From assembly GCA_963798295.1 (NCBI GenBank), contig CAWCSV010000002.1, forward strand, positions 738,023 to 802,022: a stretch of DNA of 64,000 nucleotides, written 5' to 3'. The DNA is from Bryobacterales bacterium (lineage in GTDB: Bacteria; Acidobacteriota; Terriglobia; Bryobacterales; Bryobacteraceae). Of this stretch, positions 1 through 8,954 are shown piece after piece. Both the position numbers and the translations under genes were made by a program. Below the pieces are notes generated by a model that saw only the letters and a list, made by a program, of their open reading frames with translations, was not told the origin of the DNA and did not search any database. Within the stretch, counting starts at the first letter, position 1. Each line of letters starts with the position of its first letter.

Positions 1-715
1 GTTTCGCCACCAGGAGTAACTGATTTCGCGCGATCTTCCGGACAGTGTCCGGGTGCCATCGCCCTAGAGTCGCACTCCCCTGGTGGTAGGCCACCGCAGC
101 GGGGACGTAGAGACCCGTCAACCCCACTTCGGCGCATCGCAGCCCGAAGTCCACGTCTTCCAGATAGGACTCAAACCGTTCGTCCAGGAAACCCACCCGT
201 TCAAATAGGCTGGCTTTGAAGACGGCGGCGGTAAACGGCGCTAACTGTATGTTTCTAGGCTGGTTCCACACTGAGGAATCCCGGCGACCGTGCCCGCATC
301 TCCAGGCGCATGCACCCCTGCACACGGCGTCGAACGACCCGTCAATCCGTTCCGGAGCTTTCGAGTTGAGCAGCTTGCCCGTCCCAAACCACGCCCCACT
401 CGATTCGAGCTCCCCCATCAAGCGATCCATCCAGTCCGGCGCAAGCGTGACGTCGTTGTTCAGAACGCATACCCAATCGGCGCTCGCTGCCTGAACCCCC
501 CGGTTCACCGCCGCAGCGAACCCGGCGTTTGCGGCCAGCCTGATAACCTGAGCGCCCGTGCGCGTCGCTTCAGCCGCGGAATCATCGGTGCTGCCATTAT
601 CCACCACAATCACTCGTTCAATCGGATAGGTCTGGCGTCCCAGGTTTTCCAGCGCCTGTGCCAGTAAAGCCGCCCGGTTCCAGGTCGGGATGACAACCGC
701 GACACGGGGAGCCAT
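1..715 (-). CDS. glycosyltransferase family 2 (N-terminal part; gene runs off the left edge)
   Basis: ATG at 715-713 overlaps the stop of the upstream gene (TAATG). My own translation reads MAPRVAVVIPTWNRAALLAQALENLGRQTYPIERVIVVDNGSTDDS...NNDVTLAPDW, a GT-A fold N-terminus. The frame is open to position 1. It is absent from the ORF track because it has no stop in the window. Confidence 0.8.
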   Translation of the reverse strand, partial: MAPRVAVVIPTWNRAALLAQALENLGRQTYPIERVIVVDNGSTDDSAAEATRTGAQVIRLAANAGFAAAVNRGVQAASADWVCVLNNDVTLAPDWMDRLMGELESSGAWFGTGKLLNSKAPERIDGSFDAVCRGACAWRCGHGRRDSSVWNQPRNIQLAPFTAAVFKASLFERVGFLDERFESYLEDVDFGLRCAEVGLTGLYVPAAVAYHQGSATLGRWHPDTVRKIARNQLLLVAK

Positions 716-1422
716 TACTTCGAAAACCGCTTCTTCACCAGGAAATAGAGATTGTAGAAGCCGTCCCGCCAGGGGTTCAGCTTGATCTCGCCCAGCCGCG
801 AGGTGTACAGAATGGATATTTCCGCGAACCGGATGCCGCGGTGCTTCAGCGCTTCAATCTTGATTTCTTCGGAAAACGCCATGCTGTTGGACTCCAGGTG
901 CATGTGTTCCAGAATGGATCGGCGGAAAACCCACATGCCGGACTGCGAATCGCGCACCCAACGAAAATACAGCACCGACATGGCGAGTGATAGCACCCAG
1001 TTTCCTATGCGGTGCTTCATGCTCATGGCTTTCGGATCACGCACCGGGAATCGCGAGGCGTTCAGGAAATCCACATCCAGATGTAGCAGGGCTTCCAGCA
1101 GGTAGGAAATGGCATCGGGTGGGTAACTGTGGTCGCCATCCAGCGTGATAATAATGTCTCCGGTGGCGGACGCGAAGCCCCGCTTATAGCTTCTTCCGTA
1201 GCCCCTAACAGGTTCTCGAATCACTTCGGCGCCAAAGGATCGTGCCACGTCGGACGTGCGGTCGGTGCTCCCGTTATCCACCACGATCACTTGATCCACG
1301 AAATCCGGCATCCGGCGCAACACCTGTTCGATCCCTTGCTCCTCGTTCAGACAGGGAGTGATTACTGTAATCCTTTGCGACTTATACACGTTGGGGCTGA
1401 GAGCCGGACCGGCTGGTACCAT
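715..1422 (-). CDS. glycosyltransferase family 2 (dolichyl-phosphate-sugar-synthase-like)
   Basis: Track ORF 715..1647. Internal start MVPAGP at 1422 precedes ITVITPCLNEEQGIEQVL...VIVVDNGSTDRT...ITLDGDHSYP. The longer N-terminal extension is Arg/Gly-rich and overlaps the divergent gene. Confidence 0.85.
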   Translation of the reverse strand: MVPAGPALSPNVYKSQRITVITPCLNEEQGIEQVLRRMPDFVDQVIVVDNGSTDRTSDVARSFGAEVIREPVRGYGRSYKRGFASATGDIIITLDGDHSYPPDAISYLLEALLHLDVDFLNASRFPVRDPKAMSMKHRIGNWVLSLAMSVLYFRWVRDSQSGMWVFRRSILEHMHLESNSMAFSEEIKIEALKHRGIRFAEISILYTSRLGEIKLNPWRDGFYNLYFLVKKRFSK

Positions 1423-1428
1423 ATTCTC

Positions 1429-1947
1429 ATGAAGTTGTTTTCTCTCCTCACCGTTCTTGCGGCCGCGGCTTTCGCCAGCGTGAATCCTCAGCTCCACGAG
1501 GTGAAGCGGGTTTACATCCTGGCGATGGGCAGCGGAATGGATCAATATCTGGCGAACCAGCTGACCAACGCCGGGCTCTTTGAAGTGGTAACGGATCCCA
1601 AGAGGGCCGACGCCATCGTTACCGACAGCGTGGGCGAATCCTTCCAAAAGAAACTCGACGATCTATATGCTCCGCCTCCCGCGCCGAAGAACAGCGACAG
1701 CAGCGCTCCCGATACAGCGAAAAAGGACGGATTAGCCGGCTTGGATTTTGGCGCGGGCACCACTCATTCGGGCTCTTTCGGCCGGGGCAAGGGCACGTTC
1801 TTCGTGGTGGATCGCAATAGTCGGACAGTTCTGTGGTCGGTCTATGAGCGTCCCAAGAACTCCACGCCCGGCGAGCTAAGTAAAACCGCCGCACGCGTGG
1901 TGAAGCATCTCAAAGACGACCTGACGGATAAGAAGCCGGCCGAGTAG
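1429..1947 (+). CDS. secreted hypothetical protein
   Basis: In-frame ATG inside track ORF 1129..1947. MKLFSLLTVLAAAAFASV looks like a signal peptide. No recognisable domain. Confidence 0.55.
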   Translation: MKLFSLLTVLAAAAFASVNPQLHEVKRVYILAMGSGMDQYLANQLTNAGLFEVVTDPKRADAIVTDSVGESFQKKLDDLYAPPPAPKNSDSSAPDTAKKDGLAGLDFGAGTTHSGSFGRGKGTFFVVDRNSRTVLWSVYERPKNSTPGELSKTAARVVKHLKDDLTDKKPAE

Positions 1948-1952
1948 CAGCC

Positions 1953-4289
1953 TCAGCTTCGTTTCTCCCGCAGCACCTCCCGGTAGCTCTCCATCAACCG
2001 CTCCGTAAGCACCCGCATGTCGCGCGTGGCCACAATCTGCTCGCGCGCCCGGCACGCCAGCTTGCGCGCTCTCTCCGGATCGTCGAACAACTCCACGATC
2101 CTGCGCGCGAACTCAGCCGGGTCCTCAGCTAAGGCACAAATTTCGCCATCCTTGCCCGCCAACCCTTCGGCGCCAAGAGGAGTGGAGACCACCGGGATTC
2201 CAGCCGCGAACGCCTCCAGCAGTTTGACCCGCATTCCCGATCCGCTCAGGATCGGGCATACGAAGACGGCATAGCGCCCCAGTGGCTCGCGTACGTCTTC
2301 CACAAATCCGCGCAACTCGATGTTATCCGGCAGATGCGGGAGCGAGTGGCGCGGCGGAGGTTCAGAACCCACAATCACCAGCCGCGCCCTCGGCTTGTGT
2401 TCCAGCACCGTGGGCAGCACTCTTTTCACGAACCAAGTCAGCCCCTCCTGATTGGGAAGGTGACGGAAGCTGCCTAGAAACAATATGGTCTCGGGCTCAC
2501 GTCCATCGGCGTGAAAAGGGTAGCGCGATGTCGCGATTCCCGCGCGATTGTCGTCGATCCGTCCGCGCAGGTCCGGCAGAAAGGACAACAAGTAATTCCC
2601 GTTCTCCGGGCTGCACACCTGCACGCGATCGAAGCGCGGCAACACACGCAGCTCATAGCGCAGCGCTCGCAGATATTCGTAAGCCGCCTTCGTTTTTTCG
2701 ATCAGGCCATGCGGATTCGCCGAACCCCGCGCGATGGACTGAAAGTAAATGTCGTGTTCGAACAGAAAGCACCCCAAACGCCGGTAATCGCCGCCGTACT
2801 GGCTGAGCGCCGTGTATTCAAGCTGCACAATGTCGATCTCGCACAGGTACATCTCGCGATGCAGCCGCCACTCGAAATCCTGGCTGGCAAACTCGCGTAT
2901 CGCATGCGGAAGTATCGAGCCGAACTGTTTCACATTGCCTTCCGGCCGGACCAGAAACTCCGCCGAGGCCACCTGGCGCGCCAGCTCCGCGTGCGCCTCG
3001 CGTTGCCAGGCATAATCCAGCAGGACCAGCAGGTGCAGCTTGCACATTTGCCTCAATTCGAGCGCGGTCTGGTACATGAAGACGCCGCCGCCATGGATGG
3101 GAGGGCAAATCGGATAGGGCGATACGAAGAGCACGCTCAGCGGCGCGGGATCTCTTGGAAGCACCGCGAAGCGATCGCGGAAATACCCGCCCAGCGGCCG
3201 GCGGAACGCCTCGGTGTCGTCGATCAACGCCAATTGACGAGCGCGCGCACGAGAGCGCAAAGCCCCGGGCAATTGCCGGAATGCCCGCCACAGGCCCGCG
3301 AAGTTGGCACGCTCCGGCGACTCGCCGAAGACTTCCGTCACCACCGCGCCGGCATAGGCGAACAAGAAGTGCGACGCCAGGCGCGGCCATTCGTGAATGT
3401 TCTTCCAGCAGAACAGCGCGAAATTCTTCTTCAGCACCAGATCGATCTGCGCCACGGTGAAGCGCTTCCCGATGGTGCCCCGATGCTCGTGGTAGACAAT
3501 GCTGCGCGGTTGATAGAGCACTTTCCAGCCGCGCTTCCACGCCAGGTAGCCGAGGTCGGTGTCTTCCAGATAGAACGGCGCGAGCAGTTCATCGAATCCG
3601 CCCAGCTCGAGAAATTTCCGCCGATCGAACGCGCACGATCCGCCGCCGCCATAGGCGCAGGGGTAGGGAACTTGGATCGCCGGATCGTCGCGATGCCTTA
3701 CCCGCAGCGCTCCGTTCTCCCACCAGGATTGCGTCAGACCGGTTTCTTCCCGCAGCTTGTTCGGATCGCTGAAAAAGATCTGGCAGGCGACAGAAAATAC
3801 CGTTTCATCGGTGAATGCTTCCAGCAGCGGCGCCAGAAAATCGCGCTCCACGCGCATGTCGCTGTTAAGCAGCACGACGATGTCGTTCTTCGCGGCGCGA
3901 AAGCCAGCGTTCGATCCGCCGCCGAAACCAAGATTGCGCTCAAGCGCCAGAACCCGCACGGAAGGGAACTGCTGGCCCAGGAATTCGGCGCTCCCGTCTT
4001 GGGAGCCGTTGTCCACCACAATGATTTCGTTGCCGGGATTGCCTGCTAATGCCTCGATGATCGAGGAAATGTATTTTGCGAGAAGATCGCGGCCGTTCCA
4101 GTTGGGAATGACGACGCTGGCTGAGGTGGTGTTTGGCCGCTGGTTGGGCGGAAGCGGCTTTTTGCGGAACGCTGACAGCAGGTCCACCACGGCGAGCGCG
4201 GCCATCGCGATCGCGAGCAGGATGGGGAACAGTAGGACGAGCGGGAGAGCCTTGACGAACCGCCACAGGATGATCAGGAACGTTTTCAC
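1953..4289 (-). CDS. membrane-anchored bifunctional glycosyltransferase (N-terminal GT2 + C-terminal GT4/GT1)
   Basis: 778 aa ORF. N-terminal TM helix; GT2 motifs VVIPNWNGRDLL...IIVVDNGSQDGS...LNSDM...EDTDLGY. C-terminal GT-B motif GSGMRVKLLEAFAAGIPVVSTPLGAEGL. Confidence 0.85.
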   Translation of the reverse strand: MKTFLIILWRFVKALPLVLLFPILLAIAMAALAVVDLLSAFRKKPLPPNQRPNTTSASVVIPNWNGRDLLAKYISSIIEALAGNPGNEIIVVDNGSQDGSAEFLGQQFPSVRVLALERNLGFGGGSNAGFRAAKNDIVVLLNSDMRVERDFLAPLLEAFTDETVFSVACQIFFSDPNKLREETGLTQSWWENGALRVRHRDDPAIQVPYPCAYGGGGSCAFDRRKFLELGGFDELLAPFYLEDTDLGYLAWKRGWKVLYQPRSIVYHEHRGTIGKRFTVAQIDLVLKKNFALFCWKNIHEWPRLASHFLFAYAGAVVTEVFGESPERANFAGLWRAFRQLPGALRSRARARQLALIDDTEAFRRPLGGYFRDRFAVLPRDPAPLSVLFVSPYPICPPIHGGGVFMYQTALELRQMCKLHLLVLLDYAWQREAHAELARQVASAEFLVRPEGNVKQFGSILPHAIREFASQDFEWRLHREMYLCEIDIVQLEYTALSQYGGDYRRLGCFLFEHDIYFQSIARGSANPHGLIEKTKAAYEYLRALRYELRVLPRFDRVQVCSPENGNYLLSFLPDLRGRIDDNRAGIATSRYPFHADGREPETILFLGSFRHLPNQEGLTWFVKRVLPTVLEHKPRARLVIVGSEPPPRHSLPHLPDNIELRGFVEDVREPLGRYAVFVCPILSGSGMRVKLLEAFAAGIPVVSTPLGAEGLAGKDGEICALAEDPAEFARRIVELFDDPERARKLACRAREQIVATRDMRVLTERLMESYREVLREKRS

Positions 4290-5482
4290 TATTTCGACAG
4301 GTCGGGCCCGAGTCCGACGGTCCGTCCCATTTTCACCCAGCGCGACTCCCGGATCATTTCAAGCCGTGCCGCCAACTCCGCGCGCTGCGCCTCCGCGGCT
4401 TGGGCCCATATGGTTCGTTCACGCATGGTAGCGTCAGACGCGTCGAGCAGCTTTACGCAGTCTGCCAGCTCCTGGCACTTGGCTTCCAGGTCGGCCGAAG
4501 CTTTGCGGGCCCACTCGGTCTTGATCTGATCCTCTTGCTCCATGTGCGCCAGTTGAGCTTGATAGCCGGCGGCCAATTCAGTCAATTCCTTTTGTAGTGC
4601 CACGATCCGTTCTCGCGCGGACTGGAGTTCCCGATCCAACCCTCGCGCCCACTCGTTGCGCTCTTCCAGCTCGCGCGTCTGCTTCCGGTACAGTTCGAGC
4701 AAAGCTTCGCGTTCGGGTTTGACAAAGTCCAGCTGGTGCTGCAGCGCCTCCACGTGCAGCTCGCGCTCGCGCAGCATATTCGCGGCCTTCGGAACGTACA
4801 CGAACGATTTTGGTTCGGGCAGTTGGACGCGAGAGCACATCGCCACGAAGAAGTGCGCGTCTTCGGCGGTGCCTCCTCCTCCATCGATGCGCGCTTCCGC
4901 CGGCCAAAAACTGACTGCCGGATGAAATGCGAACGACTCCACGCGGTTCTGCAGCAGCAGCCGTACGTTCGGGAAAACACGTTCCAGTTCACGCACAAAT
5001 TCTTCAGCTTCGAATTCGTGCTCGTGATACGGATTGGGTCCCGTAGCCGCGCGGGTGGTGGCGTAATAGCGCTTGTTGGGTGAAGAGACGATGAACAGGC
5101 CCTCGCGCGTCAGCAGGCGCCCGCACTCATCGAGAAACGAACGATAGTCCGGTAGATGTTCGATCACCTCGAAGGCGACGAGAACATCGAAGGACTCGGC
5201 CGGGAAGGGAATCGCCATGCAAGAGGATTCGAGAAACTCCAAACCGGGAAGCGGATAGTTCGCGCGAGCGTATTCGATGGCGTCCGCTGCAACATCCACG
5301 CCGGTTACCGCAGCGGCGGATTGCGCCAGTTCGGCAGATCCGTAGCCCGTGCCGCAACCGGCATCCAGCACGCGCTTGCCCTGCGCATATCGTCGAGCGA
5401 AGGCATAGCGGGCCAGATGCTCGCTCCAAAGGTCGTTGTTCACTTGGCCCGGAATAACCCGCTCGCCGGTGAATTCAACCAA
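4289..5482 (-). CDS. class I SAM-dependent methyltransferase with a roughly 170 aa C-terminal coiled coil
   Basis: VLDAGCGTGYGSAELA (SAM motif I) and VLVAFEVIEHL. The C-terminal half is heptad-like and Glu/Leu/Arg/Ala-rich (LRERELHVEALQHQL...ELQSARERIVALQKELTELAAGYQAQLAHME...). It overlaps the wzt stop by 8 nt and shares nucleotide 4289 with the stop of the next gene. Confidence 0.8.
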   Translation of the reverse strand: MVEFTGERVIPGQVNNDLWSEHLARYAFARRYAQGKRVLDAGCGTGYGSAELAQSAAAVTGVDVAADAIEYARANYPLPGLEFLESSCMAIPFPAESFDVLVAFEVIEHLPDYRSFLDECGRLLTREGLFIVSSPNKRYYATTRAATGPNPYHEHEFEAEEFVRELERVFPNVRLLLQNRVESFAFHPAVSFWPAEARIDGGGGTAEDAHFFVAMCSRVQLPEPKSFVYVPKAANMLRERELHVEALQHQLDFVKPEREALLELYRKQTRELEERNEWARGLDRELQSARERIVALQKELTELAAGYQAQLAHMEQEDQIKTEWARKASADLEAKCQELADCVKLLDASDATMRERTIWAQAAEAQRAELAARLEMIRESRWVKMGRTVGLGPDLSK

Positions 5483-6803
5483 CGGCGGGCTCCGCGTGAG
5501 ATGGGACCGGCGATGGCGAGGTGAGGCAACGATTCAGCTCAATATGGCACGCCAAATGAATGTGGCCGTAAACTTCGCCGTCGGGCGGCCCCATCTGCAG
5601 CACGATCGCGTTGTCCACCCAATCGCAGGTGCGGTAGGAATGCAGCGTCCCATCGGCGATAGCCGGCGAGAAAGAAAACGCTGAGGGGTACACTTCGGGG
5701 ATCTGCAGGTGGAAGTCGACGGTGTAGATATCGCCTGCCGCCATGGGAGGAACGTCGAAAGCCTCACGCGCCGTATTGGTGCCCGCGAAATCCAGCCCAA
5801 GATGGTTGCGCATCATGAATCCGACAATCGGCAGCGTAATGTCTTCGATGGCGCGCACGCTAATGCGTACCACGATGGTGGAGGAGGGCTCAAGAATGTA
5901 CAGAGGTTGTCCCGCAGCGTCCAGGATCGCGATACCCATCACTTCCGCGCGGCCATCGCCAAAACGGTGATCGATATTCGGGATCGTATCCACGACTTCG
6001 GGGGCTTTCACTGGGGTATGAGTACCCTCTTGCACCTTGCGATGCGTGCTTGCCAGGTAGACATTGTCTTTCTCGACCATGGCGGCCATATAGCGTGTCA
6101 CTACTACGTCTGTATTTCCAATTTCCTTGATGCGGCCGCTGTCCAGCCACATCGCCCGGTCCCCCAGGGCTTTCACTTCGGCGATAGCATGCGAGACAAA
6201 GAGAATGGTCACGCCGGCATCGCGCATCTCGTGTACTTTGCGCATGCAGCGCTGCCGGAAATAGATGTCGCCTACCGATAGCGCTTCATCCACCAACAGA
6301 ATCTCCGGCTCTACATGAATCGCGACTGCAAACGCCAGGCGAACGCCCATGCCGCTGGAATAAGTTTTTACCGGCTGATCGATGAACTCACCGATTTCTG
6401 CGAACTCTTCAATCTGCGAAAATTTCGCGTCGATCTCACGGCGCGAGAGGCCCAGAATCGCGGCGTTCATGTAAACGTTCTGGCGGCCGGTGAATTCGGG
6501 ATTGAATCCTGTACCCAACTCCAGTAGCGCTGCCACGCGTCCATTGACCACGACGTCTCCCTTGGAGGGATGAAGAATGCCGGCGACAATTTGCAGCAGA
6601 GTGCTTTTGCCGGAGCCGTTCTCGCCAACGATGCAGAAGGTCTCGCCGCGTTGGATCTCGAAGCTTACGTCATTGAGTGCGGAGAAGTCGTGGTGGAACG
6701 AAATCCGATTCAGGCAAAGCAACTCCTTGAGGCGGGAGCTGGGAGAGGAGTAGATCGGGTAGTTTTTGGAGACGCCACGGAACTCGACGATCGGCTGCGG
6801 CAC
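5475..6803 (-). CDS. wzt: polysaccharide/O-antigen ABC exporter ATP-binding protein with a C-terminal extension (Wzt-like)
   Basis: Walker A GENGSGKST, signature YSSGMGVRLAFA, Walker B ILLVDEALSVGD. About 170 aa of extra C-terminal domain, as in Wzt proteins with a carbohydrate-binding module. GTG start. Confidence 0.85.
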   Translation of the reverse strand: MPQPIVEFRGVSKNYPIYSSPSSRLKELLCLNRISFHHDFSALNDVSFEIQRGETFCIVGENGSGKSTLLQIVAGILHPSKGDVVVNGRVAALLELGTGFNPEFTGRQNVYMNAAILGLSRREIDAKFSQIEEFAEIGEFIDQPVKTYSSGMGVRLAFAVAIHVEPEILLVDEALSVGDIYFRQRCMRKVHEMRDAGVTILFVSHAIAEVKALGDRAMWLDSGRIKEIGNTDVVVTRYMAAMVEKDNVYLASTHRKVQEGTHTPVKAPEVVDTIPNIDHRFGDGRAEVMGIAILDAAGQPLYILEPSSTIVVRISVRAIEDITLPIVGFMMRNHLGLDFAGTNTAREAFDVPPMAAGDIYTVDFHLQIPEVYPSAFSFSPAIADGTLHSYRTCDWVDNAIVLQMGPPDGEVYGHIHLACHIELNRCLTSPSPVPSHAEPAVG

Positions 6804-6918
6804 TAAATCGAATCTACTGAAGGGAAAAAGCAGGTGTCAAATGCAAGGCTGGGTTGAGGAGTTTGATTGAGGGCGACCGCCGACCCCCGCTTGCCGACCT
6901 GGACGCTATAATGCGGTG

Positions 6919-7083
6919 GACCCGCCGCAAATTGGTGAGGCAGATTCTCTCACCCTGCGTTATGGTCTAGTCCGAGCACGTCGAGGAAGCCGGTAGCCGC
7001 CCTGCTAGGTAATCGCAGTCGATAGGTACCTCCTAAACTTCACTACGACGGGCTGGCTCTTTCACCGCCAGCCTTCAATTATT
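6919..7083 (+). ncRNA. candidate small structured RNA (unknown family)
   Basis: No ORF on either strand. Perfect TATAAT at 6907-6912. Hairpins GGTGAG/CTCACC (about 6935-6955) and CTGCG...CGCAG (about 6956-7018). Terminal GC hairpin plus T-rich tail at 7051-7083. No match to RNA families I can recall. Confidence 0.2.
7051..7083 (+). terminator. hairpin plus imperfect T-tract (possible intrinsic terminator)
   Basis: GGCTGGC-tctttcacc-GCCAGCC followed by TTCAATTATT. The T-tract is interrupted, so termination efficiency is uncertain. Confidence 0.3.
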
Positions 7084-7139
7084 AAATAACTCTAATCTGC
7101 GACCTTTGTCAAGCTTTTTAATGATTTAGCCCCGGCTGG

Positions 7140-7169
7140 TTGACAGGATATTGTTGCTCTGCCTAATCT
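7140..7169 (+). promoter_or_regulatory. sigma70-type promoter for tRNA-Met
   Basis: TTGACA (7140-7145), 18 nt spacer, TAATCT (7164-7169). This lies about 12 nt upstream of the mature tRNA 5' end. Confidence 0.45.
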
Positions 7170-7181
7170 TAGGGAAGCGCT

Positions 7182-7258
7182 GCCGGTGTAGCTCAGGTGG
7201 TTAGAGCGACGGTCTCATAATCCGTAGGTCGCAGGTTCGACTCCTGCCGCCGGCACCA
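7182..7258 (+). tRNA. tRNA with anticodon CAT (elongator Met, or Ile2 if lysidine-modified)
   Basis: 77 nt. Acceptor stem GCCGGTG/CGCCGGC, D-arm GCTCAGGTGGTTAGAGC, anticodon loop CTCATAA, T-arm GCAGGTTCGACTCCTGC, encoded CCA. Confidence 0.9.
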
Positions 7259-7259
7259 A

Positions 7260-8234
7260 TCAGTTCTGGGATCCTGGCGATCCAGAAGATAAAATCCACT
7301 CGTAAAGTCGATGCAATTCTTCCTGCGAGTAGTATTCGATCTCGATCCTGCCGCGCTGGTCTGATTTCTCAACGATTCTGACGCGCGTACCAAGCGCAGA
7401 TTCCAGATTTCCCACGGCAGCCTTTATGTTGGGGTCCTCGAGAGGATTCTCCGAGGGCTCTCTCGGTTCGTTCACCTTCTTGACTAGCCGCTCGACCTGA
7501 CGTACCGAAAAGCCCTGAGCGGCGGCCTTCTCCGCAACTTGCGTCTGCAGTTCGGGGGTTAGCAGGCCGAGAATCGCGCGGGCGTGTCCCATCGAAAGCC
7601 GACGTTCGGCAACCAGGAGTTGGACGTCGCGAGGCAGGCGCAGAAGGCGGATCATATTGGTGATGGTGGTCCGGTCCTTGCCCGTGCGCGCGGCGATCTC
7701 TTCGTGGCTAAGGTTCATTTCAGTGTGGAGTCTCTCCAGCGCCTGGGCGGTTTCCATTGGGTTCAGGTCTTCGCGCTGAATGTTCTCAATGAGGGCTATC
7801 TCAAGAATTCGATCGTCGGCGTAGTCCTGAACGATGCAGGGAACCTCCACAAGTCCTGCCAGTTTTGCCGCGCGGAGACGGCGCTCGCCAGCGATGAGTT
7901 CGTAACGAGGGCCTTGACGGCGAACCAGAAGCGGTTGGATTATCCCGTGTGTCTCTATGGAGTTAGCAAGCTCTTCCAACCGCGTGGCCTCAAATACAGA
8001 GCGCGGCTGCAAAGGATTTGGCTGGATGTCGGCAATCGGTATTGAGGCCACCTGAGGTCCAGCGATCACGGGCTCGGTTGCCGGCTGAACCGCCGTTGCG
8101 GCCGATCTTTGAGGGAGGAGGGCAGAGAGACCCCTACCCAAGGCTTTGCGTTGCTTGTCCGGCGGTATGTTCACGAGCCAGAACCTCCTTTGCGAGTTGA
8201 ATATAGCTCTCGGCGCCGCGCGAGCGGACATCAT
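7260..8234 (-). CDS. parB: chromosome partitioning protein ParB
   Basis: [28 protein letters not shown]...[17 protein letters not shown], and HTH region [19 protein letters not shown]. The true start is probably downstream of 8234 (for example in-frame GTG at 8174), because the long form overlaps parA by 100 nt. Confidence 0.9.
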   Translation of the reverse strand: MMSARAAPRAIFNSQRRFWLVNIPPDKQRKALGRGLSALLPQRSAATAVQPATEPVIAGPQVASIPIADIQPNPLQPRSVFEATRLEELANSIETHGIIQPLLVRRQGPRYELIAGERRLRAAKLAGLVEVPCIVQDYADDRILEIALIENIQREDLNPMETAQALERLHTEMNLSHEEIAARTGKDRTTITNMIRLLRLPRDVQLLVAERRLSMGHARAILGLLTPELQTQVAEKAAAQGFSVRQVERLVKKVNEPREPSENPLEDPNIKAAVGNLESALGTRVRIVEKSDQRGRIEIEYYSQEELHRLYEWILSSGSPGSQN

Positions 8235-8937
8235 AGGCGATGATGGGTTTCCCGTAGCTGGGTGCTTCCGCCAGCCGAATGCTGCGGGGGATCACGGTTT
8301 CGAAGACCAACTTGTCGAAGAAATTCCGAAGGTCCAGCTCCACTTGGCGGGTCAGGTTGGTTCGGTCGTCGTACATGGTAAGGAGGACGCCTTCAATTCT
8401 TAGGCTGCTGCCGAAAGACCCCCGCACCCTTTCAATGGTGTCCATGAGCTGCGAAATGCCCTCCAACGCGAAGAACTCGCACTGAATCGGTATCAAGATG
8501 GAGTCGGCCGCGATCATCGCGTTCAACGTAAGCAAGTCCAGCGCCGGTGGGCAATCGATCAGAATGAAGTGATAAAGTGCCCGGATCGGCTCTAGTTTCT
8601 CTCGAAGCTTGAATTCGCGGCCTTCTGCTTCAACAAGTTCCAGATTCGCCGCGACCAGGTTTCTATCCGATGCAAGGATATCGAGTCCCGCGAATTCGGT
8701 GGGAGAGATAGCGGACTCTATTTGTGCTTGGCCGAGGAGCACTTCGTAAAGTGTGGGTCGCTCGGAACCCTTGGCAATCCCTAAACCCGTCGTCGCGTTC
8801 CCCTGAGGATCTGAATCAATCAACAGGACGCGCAGATCGTTGGCCGCCAACGATGCAGCCAGGTTGATGGCAGTGGTGGTTTTACCCACGCCTCCCTTTT
8901 GATTCGCAATTGCTATTACATTTGCCACAGGTTCCAC
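8134..8937 (-). CDS. parA: chromosome partitioning ATPase ParA/Soj
   Basis: Deviant Walker [22 protein letters not shown] place the start at GTG 8937, with GGAGAGG 12 nt upstream and lying after the rsmG stop. The track ORF extends to 9039. Confidence 0.9.
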   Translation of the reverse strand: MEPVANVIAIANQKGGVGKTTTAINLAASLAANDLRVLLIDSDPQGNATTGLGIAKGSERPTLYEVLLGQAQIESAISPTEFAGLDILASDRNLVAANLELVEAEGREFKLREKLEPIRALYHFILIDCPPALDLLTLNAMIAADSILIPIQCEFFALEGISQLMDTIERVRGSFGSSLRIEGVLLTMYDDRTNLTRQVELDLRNFFDKLVFETVIPRSIRLAEAPSYGKPIIAYDVRSRGAESYIQLAKEVLAREHTAGQATQSLG

Positions 8938-8954
8938 GTTGAACGAAGCCTCTC

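Noticed and set aside
2511-4049. Long ORFs antisense to, or out of frame with, homology-supported genes. Examples are 2511..4049 (+), 18278..19081 (-), 26433..27242 (-), 47448..48332 (-), 49599..50702 (-), 50807..51568 (-), 57627..58706 (+), 58855..59826 (+) and 60110..61132 (+).
   Set aside because: Their translations are Arg/Ala/Gly/Pro-rich and low in complexity, as expected for shadow frames in GC-rich DNA. They carry no recognisable motifs, and each lies inside a gene whose other frame shows clear family signatures.
6989-6996. ops/JUMPStart-like element (GCCGGTAG versus ops GGCGGTAG) upstream of the wzt operon.
   Set aside because: It is a 7/8 match only, and it lies on the strand opposite to wzt operon transcription. 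RfaH-type ops usage is not established for this lineage.
6919-7083. Identity of the candidate RNA as SRP (4.5S) RNA, 6S RNA or tmRNA.
   Set aside because: I could not find the conserved SRP domain IV motif (GGAA tetraloop with flanking AGCA/GGAA loops). It is too short for tmRNA or RNase P RNA, and it lacks the end-pairing closing stem with a central bubble typical of 6S RNA. It is kept only as an unclassified candidate.
7182-7258. The tRNA(CAT) as the initiator tRNA-fMet.
   Set aside because: Positions 1 and 72 are base-paired (G-C), and the anticodon stem lacks the three consecutive G-C pairs typical of bacterial initiators. Elongator Met versus lysidine-modified Ile2 cannot be decided from sequence alone.
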